Shown one piece after another: positions 54,301 through 62,706 of a stretch of DNA of 64,000 nucleotides. Position 1 is the first letter of the stretch, and each line of letters starts with the position of its first letter. The notes beneath the pieces were generated by a model. That model did not search any database. It worked only from the letters and a program-made list of their open reading frames with translations, and was not told the DNA's origin. Where the stretch lies: the NCBI GenBank assembly GCA_020851375.1, contig JADZCV010000048.1, forward strand, positions 14,092 to 78,091, given 5' to 3'. Source of the DNA: Nitrospirota bacterium. GTDB lineage: Bacteria; Nitrospirota; 9FT-COMBO-42-15; HDB-SIOI813. Made by a program: the position numbers and the translations under genes.

Positions 54301-54751
54301 TGACAAGGTCTGACGGTTCATATCCGATTTCAACGAGGTGAGCTGCAAATGCCTCTTTGTCCAGATCTGTTCCCGGCCTGATATGCCGCATCATGTCTTT
54401 CAGTGTGCCGGGTCTGATGACCTGCTGAATCATGGAATGGGCAGGACAGACAAAAATACCGCGCCTGCCTGACAGCAATGCAAGATAGGCGGACATCCTT
54501 GTATCCGTTATATCCGGGTGGGGAAGGATAGTGTCGTATGGAAGTATTTCCCAGTAAGGAAATGAGAAAATAGGGGGGGATGATGGGTAAAATTGCGAAA
54601 ATAAACGCAAGTCTGTCTGAAGCGTTTCCGTTGTTTCGCTGTCAGGAGTTACTACGAATATGGAATGATTAGTCCTCGCAAAGAGTTCCGCAAGGTAAAG
54701 GGCCTTTGATGAACCCCACAGGCCGCTGATTTTAGAGATATGTTCACTCAA
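51398..54751 (-). CDS. mfd: Transcription-repair coupling factor
   Basis: 1117-aa ORF with a UvrB-like N-terminus, an RNAP-interacting domain, and a superfamily-2 helicase core (LICGDVGYGKTEVALRA, DEEQRFGV, QLRGRVGRS). Confidence 0.95.
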   Translation of the reverse strand: MSEHISKISGLWGSSKALYLAELFARTNHSIFVVTPDSETTETLQTDLRLFSQFYPSSPPIFSFPYWEILPYDTILPHPDITDTRMSAYLALLSGRRGIFVCPAHSMIQQVIRPGTLKDMMRHIRPGTDLDKEAFAAHLVEIGYEPSDLVIKGGTFALRGGIIDVYSPGEDGPLRIEFFGDTIESLRRFDPENQRSVAQVDSAVIMPAKEPCEGVNAGSLFEYLSDEDIVVFDEAAEIKKNAGEYWSQILETYKDALLQGRRAEEPGKLYFPWNEITDFRELFKNRINIEAIPIEGTISYSINSVSSLLSPSPLKETSERLDILRKENLIVVVSPTTGQAERFRDILMEYDVPATMKKIEDVAPAFTAGLMFGREMPGKKQETVRRGIPPHTTPDIGHLPVSIISGHLSSGFFYPAASLLFITEDEIFGKKGRRRPPAKQKSRPFLTSFQDLREGDYVVHLQHGIGQYEGLVRKTLSGGEGDFLCIRYSGSDYVYVPVNKMDLVQKYASAEGHAPHIDKLQGSQWEKTKKRVEKAIEEIAGELVELYATRMVVERTPYLPENHLMKEFESSFEFEETPDQLTAIEDVMRDLGTQKPMDRLICGDVGYGKTEVALRAACKVVIEGKQAAILVPTTLLAQQHYQTFARRFASFPVRVEMLSRFRSHKEQKEIIRGLAEGTIDIVIGTHGLLQKDIKFRNAGIFIVDEEQRFGVSQKERIKQLRKSVDVLSLSATPIPRTLQMALLGIRDLSVIETPPEDRIAIHSIIIPFDKKIIRTAILREFDRGGRVYFVHNRVETIAGIANVLQELIPEARIGVAHGQMRERLLEDVMLKFINGDYNLLVCTAIVESGLDIPEANTIIINRADMFGLADLYQLRGRVGRSGHQAYAYLIVPADDVLTTDAKKRIKAIQELTGLGAGFRLANKDLEIRGAGNLLGHRQSGHIASVGFELYTQMLDRAVKQFRGEKVEEDFVPTINLGIASYIPEEYISDSSQRLSIYKRLSSIREDSQISSIKEEMADRYGQIPLQVENLLKIIEVKLLACLSRISKIEDGDGGVVFTVDPQVTEKSSDLFQKIIRIYSKNIRFLSEYKFLLLLKDREPSRLFSEIINCLKVVGGYV

Positions 54752-54761
54752 CTAAACTTAT

Positions 54762-55235
54762 TTACACCCTGTATTTTCTGATTATATTCTCGATAATATT
54801 TGTTGACGACGCCCCTTCAATAAACGGTATGGTGCATACCTTTCCGCCGTAAGATTCGACTATATCCCTTCCTATGATTTGATCAATGCCCCAGTCACCA
54901 CCCTTGACCAGGACATCAGGTTTGACTGCCGCAATAGTATTATAAGGGTCAGGCTCATTGAAAATAACGACAAAGTCCACACAGCGGAGCGCCAAAAGCA
55001 CCTCTGCACGCTCCTCCTGCGGTACAATAGGGCGATTCTGTCCCTTTATTATTTTTACCGACTCATCACTGTTTAAACCGACAATAAGCACATCCCCGAG
55101 ATTTCTGGCCTCTTTCAGATACCGGACATGACCGACATGGATGATGTCAAAACATCCGTTAGTAAAAACGATGCTCTTTCCGGTCTGCTTCAAAGTGTTA
55201 ACAGATTTAGATAAGGTTGATATATCAGTGGCCAT
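54762..55235 (-). CDS. D-glycero-beta-D-manno-heptose 1-phosphate adenylyltransferase (HldE domain II / RfaE2-like cytidylyltransferase)
   Basis: The region from MATDISTLS... contains [20 protein letters not shown], the (H/T)xGH nucleotidyltransferase motif, and a C-terminal ...[11 protein letters not shown]. Confidence 0.78.
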   Translation of the reverse strand: MATDISTLSKSVNTLKQTGKSIVFTNGCFDIIHVGHVRYLKEARNLGDVLIVGLNSDESVKIIKGQNRPIVPQEERAEVLLALRCVDFVVIFNEPDPYNTIAAVKPDVLVKGGDWGIDQIIGRDIVESYGGKVCTIPFIEGASSTNIIENIIRKYRV

Positions 55236-55252
55236 CAATTCATACCGGTTTC

Positions 55253-55828
55253 TTATCCGAACAATGCATCTTCCACAACCTGGCAAATCACATGCCCTAA
55301 GGTAATGTGGACCTCCTGTATGCGCGGAGTGGATTGGGATGGGACGACAAAGGCATAATCAGCAAGAGAGGCAAGCCTGCCTCCGCCTCCGCCTGTCAGG
55401 CCAATTGTGGTAATCCCCAAATTCTTTGCAGCCTCAACAGCTGCCACTACATTTGGAGAGTTGCCGCTCGTACTGATCGCAATAACTATATCACCCTTCC
55501 TTGAAAGCGCCTCTACCTGACGGCTGAATACAAGGTCATATCCGTAATCGTTGCCGATGCTGGTTATGACTGCCATATCAGTATTAAGGGCGATTGCAGG
55601 GAGCGGAGGCCTGTCCTTTTGAAACCTGTTTACAAACTCACCGGCTATATGTGAGGCGTCAGATGAACTTCCGCCATTGCCCATCAGGAGGAGCTTGTTT
55701 CCATTCCTGAACGCAGAAATTATCAGCTCAGAAACCTCTCCTATGAGTTGAGAATACTGTGATATAAACAGTTCCTTTGTCCTGATGCTATCCGCGAATA
55801 GATTTCTTATTTTGTCATCCATCTTCAC
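55253..55828 (-). CDS. gmhA: Phosphoheptose isomerase (SIS domain)
   Basis: 191-aa ORF with SIS motifs [19 protein letters not shown] and [15 protein letters not shown]. It has a GTG start. Confidence 0.83.
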   Translation of the reverse strand: MKMDDKIRNLFADSIRTKELFISQYSQLIGEVSELIISAFRNGNKLLLMGNGGSSSDASHIAGEFVNRFQKDRPPLPAIALNTDMAVITSIGNDYGYDLVFSRQVEALSRKGDIVIAISTSGNSPNVVAAVEAAKNLGITTIGLTGGGGGRLASLADYAFVVPSQSTPRIQEVHITLGHVICQVVEDALFG

Positions 55829-55829
55829 T

Positions 55830-56172
55830 CGAAAATACTCCTAAGTACCCGTTATTCCCACGGAACCTGCCCCCGCAGGATTTTTCACCCGTCATTCCCA
55901 CGCAAGTGGGAATCCAGAACCAGGCCCTGGTTCTGGATTCCCGCTTTCGCGGGAATGACGTTTTTACGATACCTTGTGAGCGCAATCTCATGACGGTTCA
56001 CCTGCAAATGCTCCTAAGTACCCGTTATTCCCACAGAACCTGCCCCCGCAGGATTTTTCACCCGTCATTCCCACGCAAGTGGGAATCCAGAACCAGGCCC
56101 CGGTCTGGATTCCCGCTTTCGCGGGAATGACGTTTTTACGATACCTTGTGAGCGCAGTCTCATGACGGTTCA
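55830..56172 (-). repeat. Family-B repeat (B6, about 1.7 tandem units) supplying the SD and start for gmhA
   Basis: cttcactcgaaaatactcctaagtacccgttattcccacggaacctg...gtcattcccacgcaagtgggaatccagaaccaggccc(tg/cg)gt(tc/c)tggattcccgctttcgcgggaatgacg... appears twice. Confidence 0.85.
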
Positions 56173-56268
56173 TCTGAAAATCCCCGTTCAAATCCCCCCT
56201 ATCCCCCCTTTAGTAAGGGGAGAACTAATTTCCCCCTTTGAAAAAGGGGGACTAAGGGGGATTTTCAT
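56172..56268 (-). repeat. Family-A repeat (A6) fused to the B6 array, after the hpf stop
   Basis: tccccgttcaaatcccccctatcccccctttagtaaggggagaactaatttccccctttgaaaaagggggactaagggggatttt. Confidence 0.8.
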
Positions 56269-56275
56269 GGTGATT

Positions 56276-56629
56276 TTATTCCTGCTTCCTCGGTTTTTTC
56301 TCCGCCCGTCTTATTTTGTATTCATGTTCATGTTTCATCATATCCTTAAACTTTTTTATTTCCCTAAGCAGTCCATCAAATGCCAGATTCATGGCATTAA
56401 AGGCATCGAATCCCTTGTCCTTTGCTCGCAGTTTTTTCCTTGGAACGGAAAGGGTCAGAGATGTATAGTATTCCTCCCTCCGTGCATGTTTTTCAAAAGT
56501 GACCTCAAGGCTTACCGTATCATCATCAAATGTCGGAAGAAGTTCCTCCACCTTGCTTATCTTTTTTTCAAGCATTGCCTCCACCTGCGGCATAGGCTCG
56601 AGGTTTTTGTAGAATACTTTGCTAATCAT
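56276..56629 (-). CDS. hpf: Ribosome hibernation promoting factor / YfiA (S30AE family)
   Basis: 117-aa ORF. MISKVFYKNLEPMPQVEAMLEKKISKVEELLPTFDDDTVSLEVTFEKHARREEYYTSLTLSV is the typical HPF fold signature. Confidence 0.78.
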   Translation of the reverse strand: MISKVFYKNLEPMPQVEAMLEKKISKVEELLPTFDDDTVSLEVTFEKHARREEYYTSLTLSVPRKKLRAKDKGFDAFNAMNLAFDGLLREIKKFKDMMKHEHEYKIRRAEKKPRKQE

Positions 56630-56632
56630 ATC

Positions 56633-58051
56633 TTAATCCTCCTGTTCTTTGGTTGTTTCTTCAAATCCGTCAAGGAATAACTCTATTATCCGGTCCCTTA
56701 TGGTTGATTCACGTTTGTCGCCAAAATGTCTGAAAAAGTTCCTGAGCGGGACTACAGCCTTGGCCATATGGCTATGCCCGCCGGCGCTGCCGAACTGGCT
56801 GAAGGCGTTTTTGACAATTACGCCTGCACTCCTGACATACCCTACGTTTCTGACAGATATTATCAGATTCCCCCTGAATATTCCAGAGACAACTGACCAC
56901 TCTACCCCCTCTATCTGCAGGGAGAAGTCTGCAAAGTGGGGTATCACGTCCTCCCGCCTTACCTTGCCAAGATGTGAAAACAGGATATTTTTTACAATCC
57001 TCCTTTTCTTGAGCGCATTACTGAAGGAATCAATATCTTCAGGATGTACCTCAGGGCGCTCTATTCTCCTCAGGATGTTTGCATTTGCAAGGGTATACAG
57101 ATAAGAGAAGGCCTCGATATCAGCCGGGTCAACACCCCTTCCAAGCAGGAGGGTATCGCTCTTAATTCCATACAGCAGGGCAGTCGCGAGCCGCTGGGAT
57201 ATATTGAATTCAACAGCCCTTAGATATTCAGTAAGGATAGAGGAGGTTGCCCCATAATTGGCTTTTATGTCTTTAATTTTTGCCTGATAACCCGGTTTTT
57301 CCGGGTGATGGTCTATTACAACATCTGCCATGATGATGCACTGATTATTATTTGTAAACAGATGGGGAGGCTGAACATCGAGCAGGCAGAGGCTGTCATA
57401 TTTCCTGATCACGTCAGGCGTGATCTTCTCAACCTCTATATCCAGCAGCCTGATCATTGCAAGATTCTCAGGTCTTGTTACCTCTCCAAATGATGCAATA
57501 TGCGCTGTAGACCTGTTTCGCCCTATCAGGTGCCGGAAGGCAAGGGCGCTGGCTATTGCATCAGGATCCGGATCTGACTGTATAAGGAGGAGAATCCTGT
57601 CTTTATCAGTAAATAACTCCCTTATCCGCTGGACATGTTTTTTTTTAAATGCCTCTTCTATCTTCGGCTGACAAAGTTCTGTGAAAATCGAAGATGGTTT
57701 TACAATCTTTGCACTGAGCTGTTCCGGCAAGTCCACCTCTTTTTCTTCTATTATTATAGTGGGCTGGTAGGGGTGATACTTTGCAACCAACTTCAAGATA
57801 GCTGATAAAAAAGACCTGTTCTTTACCGAGATGATAAGGCAGCTATCCGGTTTTAACTGCAGGTTTCTAAAGAACCTGTCCCGGTCTGTATCAAAAGCAG
57901 ACACCTCTGCAGATACTCCCTGACCATGGAGTCTTTCGTATAATGCGGGGGTATTTACAATGAAATGTACGGTATCCCTTCTGGTAGAAAGGGTCTTAAG
58001 GAGCATTAAGAAATACGGGAGTTCGTCCTGACAGAGGATAATGTAATCCAT
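56633..58051 (-). CDS. DHH-DHHA1 family phosphoesterase (NrnA-like) with an extra N-terminal domain
   Basis: 472-aa ORF with the DHH motif VVIDHHP, the preceding LLIQSDPDPDAIASALAF, and the DHHA1 GGH motif GSAGGHSHMAKA. Confidence 0.72.
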   Translation of the reverse strand: MDYIILCQDELPYFLMLLKTLSTRRDTVHFIVNTPALYERLHGQGVSAEVSAFDTDRDRFFRNLQLKPDSCLIISVKNRSFLSAILKLVAKYHPYQPTIIIEEKEVDLPEQLSAKIVKPSSIFTELCQPKIEEAFKKKHVQRIRELFTDKDRILLLIQSDPDPDAIASALAFRHLIGRNRSTAHIASFGEVTRPENLAMIRLLDIEVEKITPDVIRKYDSLCLLDVQPPHLFTNNNQCIIMADVVIDHHPEKPGYQAKIKDIKANYGATSSILTEYLRAVEFNISQRLATALLYGIKSDTLLLGRGVDPADIEAFSYLYTLANANILRRIERPEVHPEDIDSFSNALKKRRIVKNILFSHLGKVRREDVIPHFADFSLQIEGVEWSVVSGIFRGNLIISVRNVGYVRSAGVIVKNAFSQFGSAGGHSHMAKAVVPLRNFFRHFGDKRESTIRDRIIELFLDGFEETTKEQED

Positions 58052-59784
58052 TATTTTCCTGACTTATGAAGCCTGAGGGCCTTTTTATTGAATTGCAGGG
58101 CCTTGTTGTATTCCCCACACTTGATATAAATATTCCCTATTCCGAGGTAGGCCAGCTCCATGGATAATCTGTCGCCGAGTTTCATATGTATGTTAAGTGC
58201 CCTGGTAAGAAACTGAAGCCCGCGCTTATAATTTCCCTTACTGCTGTAGACCGACCCTATCCGGGCATAAGCATTTCCAATGCCGGGTTTATTGTCCATC
58301 TCGTTATAAATGTCCACTGACCGGAAGAGAAAATCAAGCGCCTTGTCATATTCGCCCCTGCTGCTGTAAATATTGCCAAGGCTTACCTGAATATTAGCCA
58401 GCGCCGACTGCTCACCGCTCTTATTGCCTATTTCCTTGAAGATGTCAAGCGCCATCTCCTGGTGTTTAAGTGCAGACTCAAAGTCTCCCTTACTGCTGTA
58501 AATATTTCCGATATTGGCATAAACAGTTCCCACACCCAGCTTATTGCCGAGATTTTGATGGATCCGGCGGGCCTTGTGATGAAAATCGAGGGCCTTTTCA
58601 TAGTCCCCCTGATGACAGTATGTATTTCCTATATTGGTGTATACGCTCCCGACTCCAACAAGATTGTTGAGCTCCTCATGAATTTTCAGGGCCTTATTAT
58701 AATAATCGAGCGCCCGTGGATAGATCCCCTTGTGGCTGTATATATTTGCAATGTTGGAATAGTCGCTTCCTTCCCCCAGCCGGTTTGCCAACTGCCTGTG
58801 GATAGTCAGGGCCTTTTTATAATAACTAAGCGCCTTGTCATACTTCCCCATTTCGGCATAGATAGTCCCGAGGTTGGCGTGGTCATTGGCCTCGCCGAGC
58901 CTGTGGCCCAGATGGGCATGTATCTTTAAGGCCTTCTCATAGTAGCGAACGGCATTATTTTGGTCTCCCTGAATGTTGTAGATATTCCCGATGTTTGTAT
59001 AATCATTTCCTTCCCAGATACGGTTTTGCAGGCGGCGGTGAATTGCAAGGGCGCGCTTATGATGTTCGAGGGCGTTTGAGTAATCACCCCTTTTGCTCAG
59101 GACATTTCCGATATTGGCATAGATATTTCCCTCACCGAGCCTGTACTCTACAGCTTTGTATATCTCAAGGGCCTTTTCATAATAAGTCATGGCCTTCTTG
59201 TAATCTCCCTGGAATTTGTAGAGTATCCCAAAGCTGCTGTAGTCGTGACCTATTTCAAGTGTCCTGCCCAGCGACTTGTGGATAGTCAGGGCCTTTTTAA
59301 AATAAGTGCCAGCCTCCCCTGTCTTTCCCTGAATAGCCATTATGGTGCCTATATTGTTGTAAGCCCCCCCTTCTTCCACCTTGTCACCGCTCTTCTTAAA
59401 CATAGCGAGGGCCTCTTCAAAGCACCGGATAGCCTCAGCATACTTGCCTTTTTTGGAATGAATGGCGCCGATCCGCCTCAATGACTTGCCATGTCCGTTA
59501 TTATATCCGGAGGTTATGGCATCCTGCAGGGCATGTTTATAGAATTCGATGGCTGCGGAATATTCACTCTGTGAATCAGCAATCTTTCCATACAGGAGGG
59601 CTATCTCTGAATGGACGTCCTTTTTCCCGGGATTCAGGGATGATACCCTGTCGAGATGAGAGGATGCCTTCTTGTATTCCCCCCTGTCTATTGCAGATTC
59701 TATAAGGACCAACTGCCGTTCTAAGGAACTATCCATGTCAGGATTTACATTATACACAAACTTGACTTCCATGTCACCTTTCAC
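58051..59784 (-). CDS. Tetratricopeptide-repeat protein (about 13 TPR units)
   Basis: 577-aa ORF with iterated 40-aa units: A..NIGNIY...G.Y..AL.YY.KAL.IH..LG.R.GEG. Confidence 0.8.
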   Translation of the reverse strand: MKGDMEVKFVYNVNPDMDSSLERQLVLIESAIDRGEYKKASSHLDRVSSLNPGKKDVHSEIALLYGKIADSQSEYSAAIEFYKHALQDAITSGYNNGHGKSLRRIGAIHSKKGKYAEAIRCFEEALAMFKKSGDKVEEGGAYNNIGTIMAIQGKTGEAGTYFKKALTIHKSLGRTLEIGHDYSSFGILYKFQGDYKKAMTYYEKALEIYKAVEYRLGEGNIYANIGNVLSKRGDYSNALEHHKRALAIHRRLQNRIWEGNDYTNIGNIYNIQGDQNNAVRYYEKALKIHAHLGHRLGEANDHANLGTIYAEMGKYDKALSYYKKALTIHRQLANRLGEGSDYSNIANIYSHKGIYPRALDYYNKALKIHEELNNLVGVGSVYTNIGNTYCHQGDYEKALDFHHKARRIHQNLGNKLGVGTVYANIGNIYSSKGDFESALKHQEMALDIFKEIGNKSGEQSALANIQVSLGNIYSSRGEYDKALDFLFRSVDIYNEMDNKPGIGNAYARIGSVYSSKGNYKRGLQFLTRALNIHMKLGDRLSMELAYLGIGNIYIKCGEYNKALQFNKKALRLHKSGK

Positions 59785-59858
59785 TATAATCCCAAATTAC
59801 TTTTCATAATAGATGCATCATCTCAGAGACTCAACAGCATTATTATTGTTACAATGGC

Positions 59859-59988
59859 AGATGAAAAATCCCCCTTAGTCCCCCTTTACAAAGGGGGAAA
59901 GTATTCCCTCTCTGCATAAAAGGGGAACATCCGTTCCCCCCTTTAGTAAAGGGGGGAGAGGGGGGATTTGAACGGAGAATTTCAAGTG
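59859..59988 (+). repeat. Family-A repeat (A7) ending in GGAGA plus the GTG start of the export gene
   Basis: gatgaaaaatccccc ttagt ccccc tttacaaa ggggg aaagtattccctctctgcataaaa gggg aacatccgtt cccccc tttagtaaa gggggg agag gggggatttgaacGGAGAatttcaaGTG. It is nearly identical in architecture to A1. Confidence 0.85.
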
Positions 59989-62142
59989 AAAAAATCAGTT
60001 CCTGCCTTGCTTTCCACAGCAATGGCCGTCCTGCTTACGGCGATGTGTTCGGGTGTATCTGTTTCCCGGGCAGCAAACCAGTTTAACATCCCTGGTACTT
60101 CAGGGATGCCGGGGTTGTCACTGCCCTCAGGCATACCTTCAGCGCCGGAACAACACCAGATGGTTCAGGGGCTTCAGCCGCAGAGGCCGGACGGTCGGGA
60201 TCTTTCTCCGCCAGTCAGGCACAAAAACATACCCTCTCCATTCGAAGACTACATACAGGGGAAAATCCCTGACCTTGTATCAACAAGCGTCGAGCAGTTC
60301 GGATACAACCTTTTTGAAGAGCCGCCGAGCACATTTGCGCCGGTGGATACTGTGCCTGTATCGCCCGATTACCTCGTTGGCCCAGGGGATGAGATAAGGA
60401 TAAACATCTGGGGCAAACTAAATGCCGACCTTACAGCTGAAATTGACAACGACGGCAAAATAAACGTTCCCCAGCTTGGCATAATATACCTGACAGGCCT
60501 GACATTTGCCGAGGCAAAAGAGACAATAGAAAAGACATTCGGCCGGTACTACAGGCCGGAAGAGGTCAAGATAAATGTCAGTCTTGGACGCCTCCGGACC
60601 ATAACCGTATTCATTGTGGGCAAGGCACAAACCCCCGGAAGCTACTCACTATCCTCTCTGTCAACCCTTGTCAACGCACTCTTTGCCGCAGGCGGGCCTG
60701 CCAAGAATGGCACTATGCGGGACATACAGGTGAAGCGTAACGGAGTGACAGTCACAAATTTTGATTTTTATGACTTCCTCCTTAAGGGAGACAAGACAAA
60801 GGACATAAGGCTATTGCCAGAGGATGTTATATTTATACCACCTGCCGGGCCGCAGACCGCTGTTACTGGTTATGTCAATACGCCGGCTATATATGAGCTA
60901 AAGGGTGAAAAGACAGTAAAAGAGGTGATAGAACTTGCCGGCGGATTAAACGACATTGCGTTTCAGGGGAGGCTTCAGATCGAGCGTATCATGGATAACA
61001 GATATGGCACTGTTTATGATGCAAACATAGAAGACATAAAGACGGCAGATGTCAGCGTGCAGGGTGGAGACCTTATAAAGGTCTTTCCTGTTGTCCAGGA
61101 TAAAAAGGTTGTAAGGCTTGTAGGGGCAGTTCAGAGAGAGGGTCAGTATGGCGTTGGTCAGGGGCTTACTGTAAAGGACCTGATCGCCATGGCAGGGGGC
61201 CTTAGGTATTTTGCCTTTACAGATGAGGCTGAGATAACCAGGGTAGTCGTTACTCAGAAAGGACCTGAGACTACGAAGCTGCCTATCAATCTTAGAAAGG
61301 CCATGGATGGCGACCCCAGGCATAACCTCCCGCTGCAGGAAAATGACTACCTGATTGTAAAGAGCGTCCCGGAATGGGAATTATACAGGACTGTAACCAT
61401 TGAAGGTGAGGTAAGATTTCCAGGGATGTATACTATCAGGAAGGGGGAGACACTGTCATCACTCCTGAAGCGCGCGGGTGGTTATACGGACAAGGCGTAT
61501 CTCAAGGGTACAATATTTAACCGGGAATCTGTCAGGGAACTGCAGCAGAGACAGAATGAGGAGTCAGTAGACAGGTTAGAGCGGCAGATGATGATCCAGT
61601 CAGCAGGAACAATTGAAGCTGCTCTAACTCCTGAAGACGCAAGCCAGCAGAAACTGGTTTTTGAGCAGAGAATGGCGCTCCTGGAAAAGTTAAGATCAGC
61701 CCAGGCAAGGGGGAGGCTCAGTATCAGGTTAGACCCAATTGACCGATTTGAGGGTTCTCCCTATGATATTGCGCTGGAAAATAAAGATAGGATCGTGATT
61801 CCTGAAAAGCCCCAGCAGGTCCAGGTGATAGGCTCTGTCTATAATCAGACCGCCTTTGTATATGACCCTCAGGGTACAGTATCAACCTATATATCAAAGG
61901 CCGGCGGTATGACTCGGGATGCAGACAAGAAGGAGATGTATGTCTTAAAGGTGGATGGCTCTGCTGTGAGTAAAAGGGCCTCAGGGGGGGTGTTTGGCAG
62001 CTGGGGAGAGCTCGACCCTGGTGACACTATCGTTGTTCCGGAAAAGATCGAAAAGATAGCGTGGCTGAAGGAGGTCAAGGACATAACACAGATACTCTAT
62101 CAGATAGCCGTTACTGCCGGTGTCTTGATAGTTGCCTTTTAA
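59986..62142 (+). CDS. Polysaccharide export protein (Wza/GfcE-like; Poly_export plus SLBB domains)
   Basis: Signal peptide VKKSVPALLSTAMAVLLTAMC. Poly_export motif: YLVGPGDEIRINIWG. There are several SLBB-like repeats. The track's TTG start at 59968 lies inside the repeat, and GTG at 59986 is preferred. Confidence 0.8.
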   Translation: MKKSVPALLSTAMAVLLTAMCSGVSVSRAANQFNIPGTSGMPGLSLPSGIPSAPEQHQMVQGLQPQRPDGRDLSPPVRHKNIPSPFEDYIQGKIPDLVSTSVEQFGYNLFEEPPSTFAPVDTVPVSPDYLVGPGDEIRINIWGKLNADLTAEIDNDGKINVPQLGIIYLTGLTFAEAKETIEKTFGRYYRPEEVKINVSLGRLRTITVFIVGKAQTPGSYSLSSLSTLVNALFAAGGPAKNGTMRDIQVKRNGVTVTNFDFYDFLLKGDKTKDIRLLPEDVIFIPPAGPQTAVTGYVNTPAIYELKGEKTVKEVIELAGGLNDIAFQGRLQIERIMDNRYGTVYDANIEDIKTADVSVQGGDLIKVFPVVQDKKVVRLVGAVQREGQYGVGQGLTVKDLIAMAGGLRYFAFTDEAEITRVVVTQKGPETTKLPINLRKAMDGDPRHNLPLQENDYLIVKSVPEWELYRTVTIEGEVRFPGMYTIRKGETLSSLLKRAGGYTDKAYLKGTIFNRESVRELQQRQNEESVDRLERQMMIQSAGTIEAALTPEDASQQKLVFEQRMALLEKLRSAQARGRLSIRLDPIDRFEGSPYDIALENKDRIVIPEKPQQVQVIGSVYNQTAFVYDPQGTVSTYISKAGGMTRDADKKEMYVLKVDGSAVSKRASGGVFGSWGELDPGDTIVVPEKIEKIAWLKEVKDITQILYQIAVTAGVLIVAF

Positions 62143-62145
62143 GAT

Positions 62146-62703
62146 ATGCCATTTAATTTTACGAGACTGTCTATCCCTGACATTGTACTAATAGAACCGC
62201 GGGCCTTCCGTGACGGGCGGGGTTTCTTTATTGAGACATATAAGTATTCTGAATTTGCCTTTGCAGGAATATCCGGCCATTTCCTGCAGGACAATCACTC
62301 GCAATCTTCTAAAGGTGTCTTGCGCGGACTTCATTATCAGTTAAATCCGAAGGCCCAGGGGAAATTGCTTAGATGCCCAAAGGGGAAGATATTTGACGTG
62401 GCAGTTGATATCAGGAGGGGTTCACCTGATTACGGAAAGTGGGTCGGCATTGAGCTCTCTGAAGAAAATAATAGTATGCTCTACATACCGCCGGGCTTTG
62501 CACACGGATTTTTGACACTCAGTGATATGGCAGATGTCCTTTATAAATGTACGGAAGAATACTCGCCGGAACATGAAAGGGGTATTGCCTGGAATGATCC
62601 GGAAGTTAATATTGACTGGCCAATAAAGACCCCCATCCTTTCGGCAAAGGACCTGTCGTACGGGACGTTGAAGGATGCAGATAACAATTTCAGGAGAGAA
62701 TAG
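62146..62703 (+). CDS. rfbC: dTDP-4-dehydrorhamnose 3,5-epimerase
   Basis: 185-aa ORF with a cupin fold containing RGLHYQ, GKLLRCPKGKIFDVAVDIRRGSPDYGKW, and FAHGFLTLSD. Confidence 0.9.
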   Translation: MPFNFTRLSIPDIVLIEPRAFRDGRGFFIETYKYSEFAFAGISGHFLQDNHSQSSKGVLRGLHYQLNPKAQGKLLRCPKGKIFDVAVDIRRGSPDYGKWVGIELSEENNSMLYIPPGFAHGFLTLSDMADVLYKCTEEYSPEHERGIAWNDPEVNIDWPIKTPILSAKDLSYGTLKDADNNFRRE

Positions 62704-62706
62704 ATC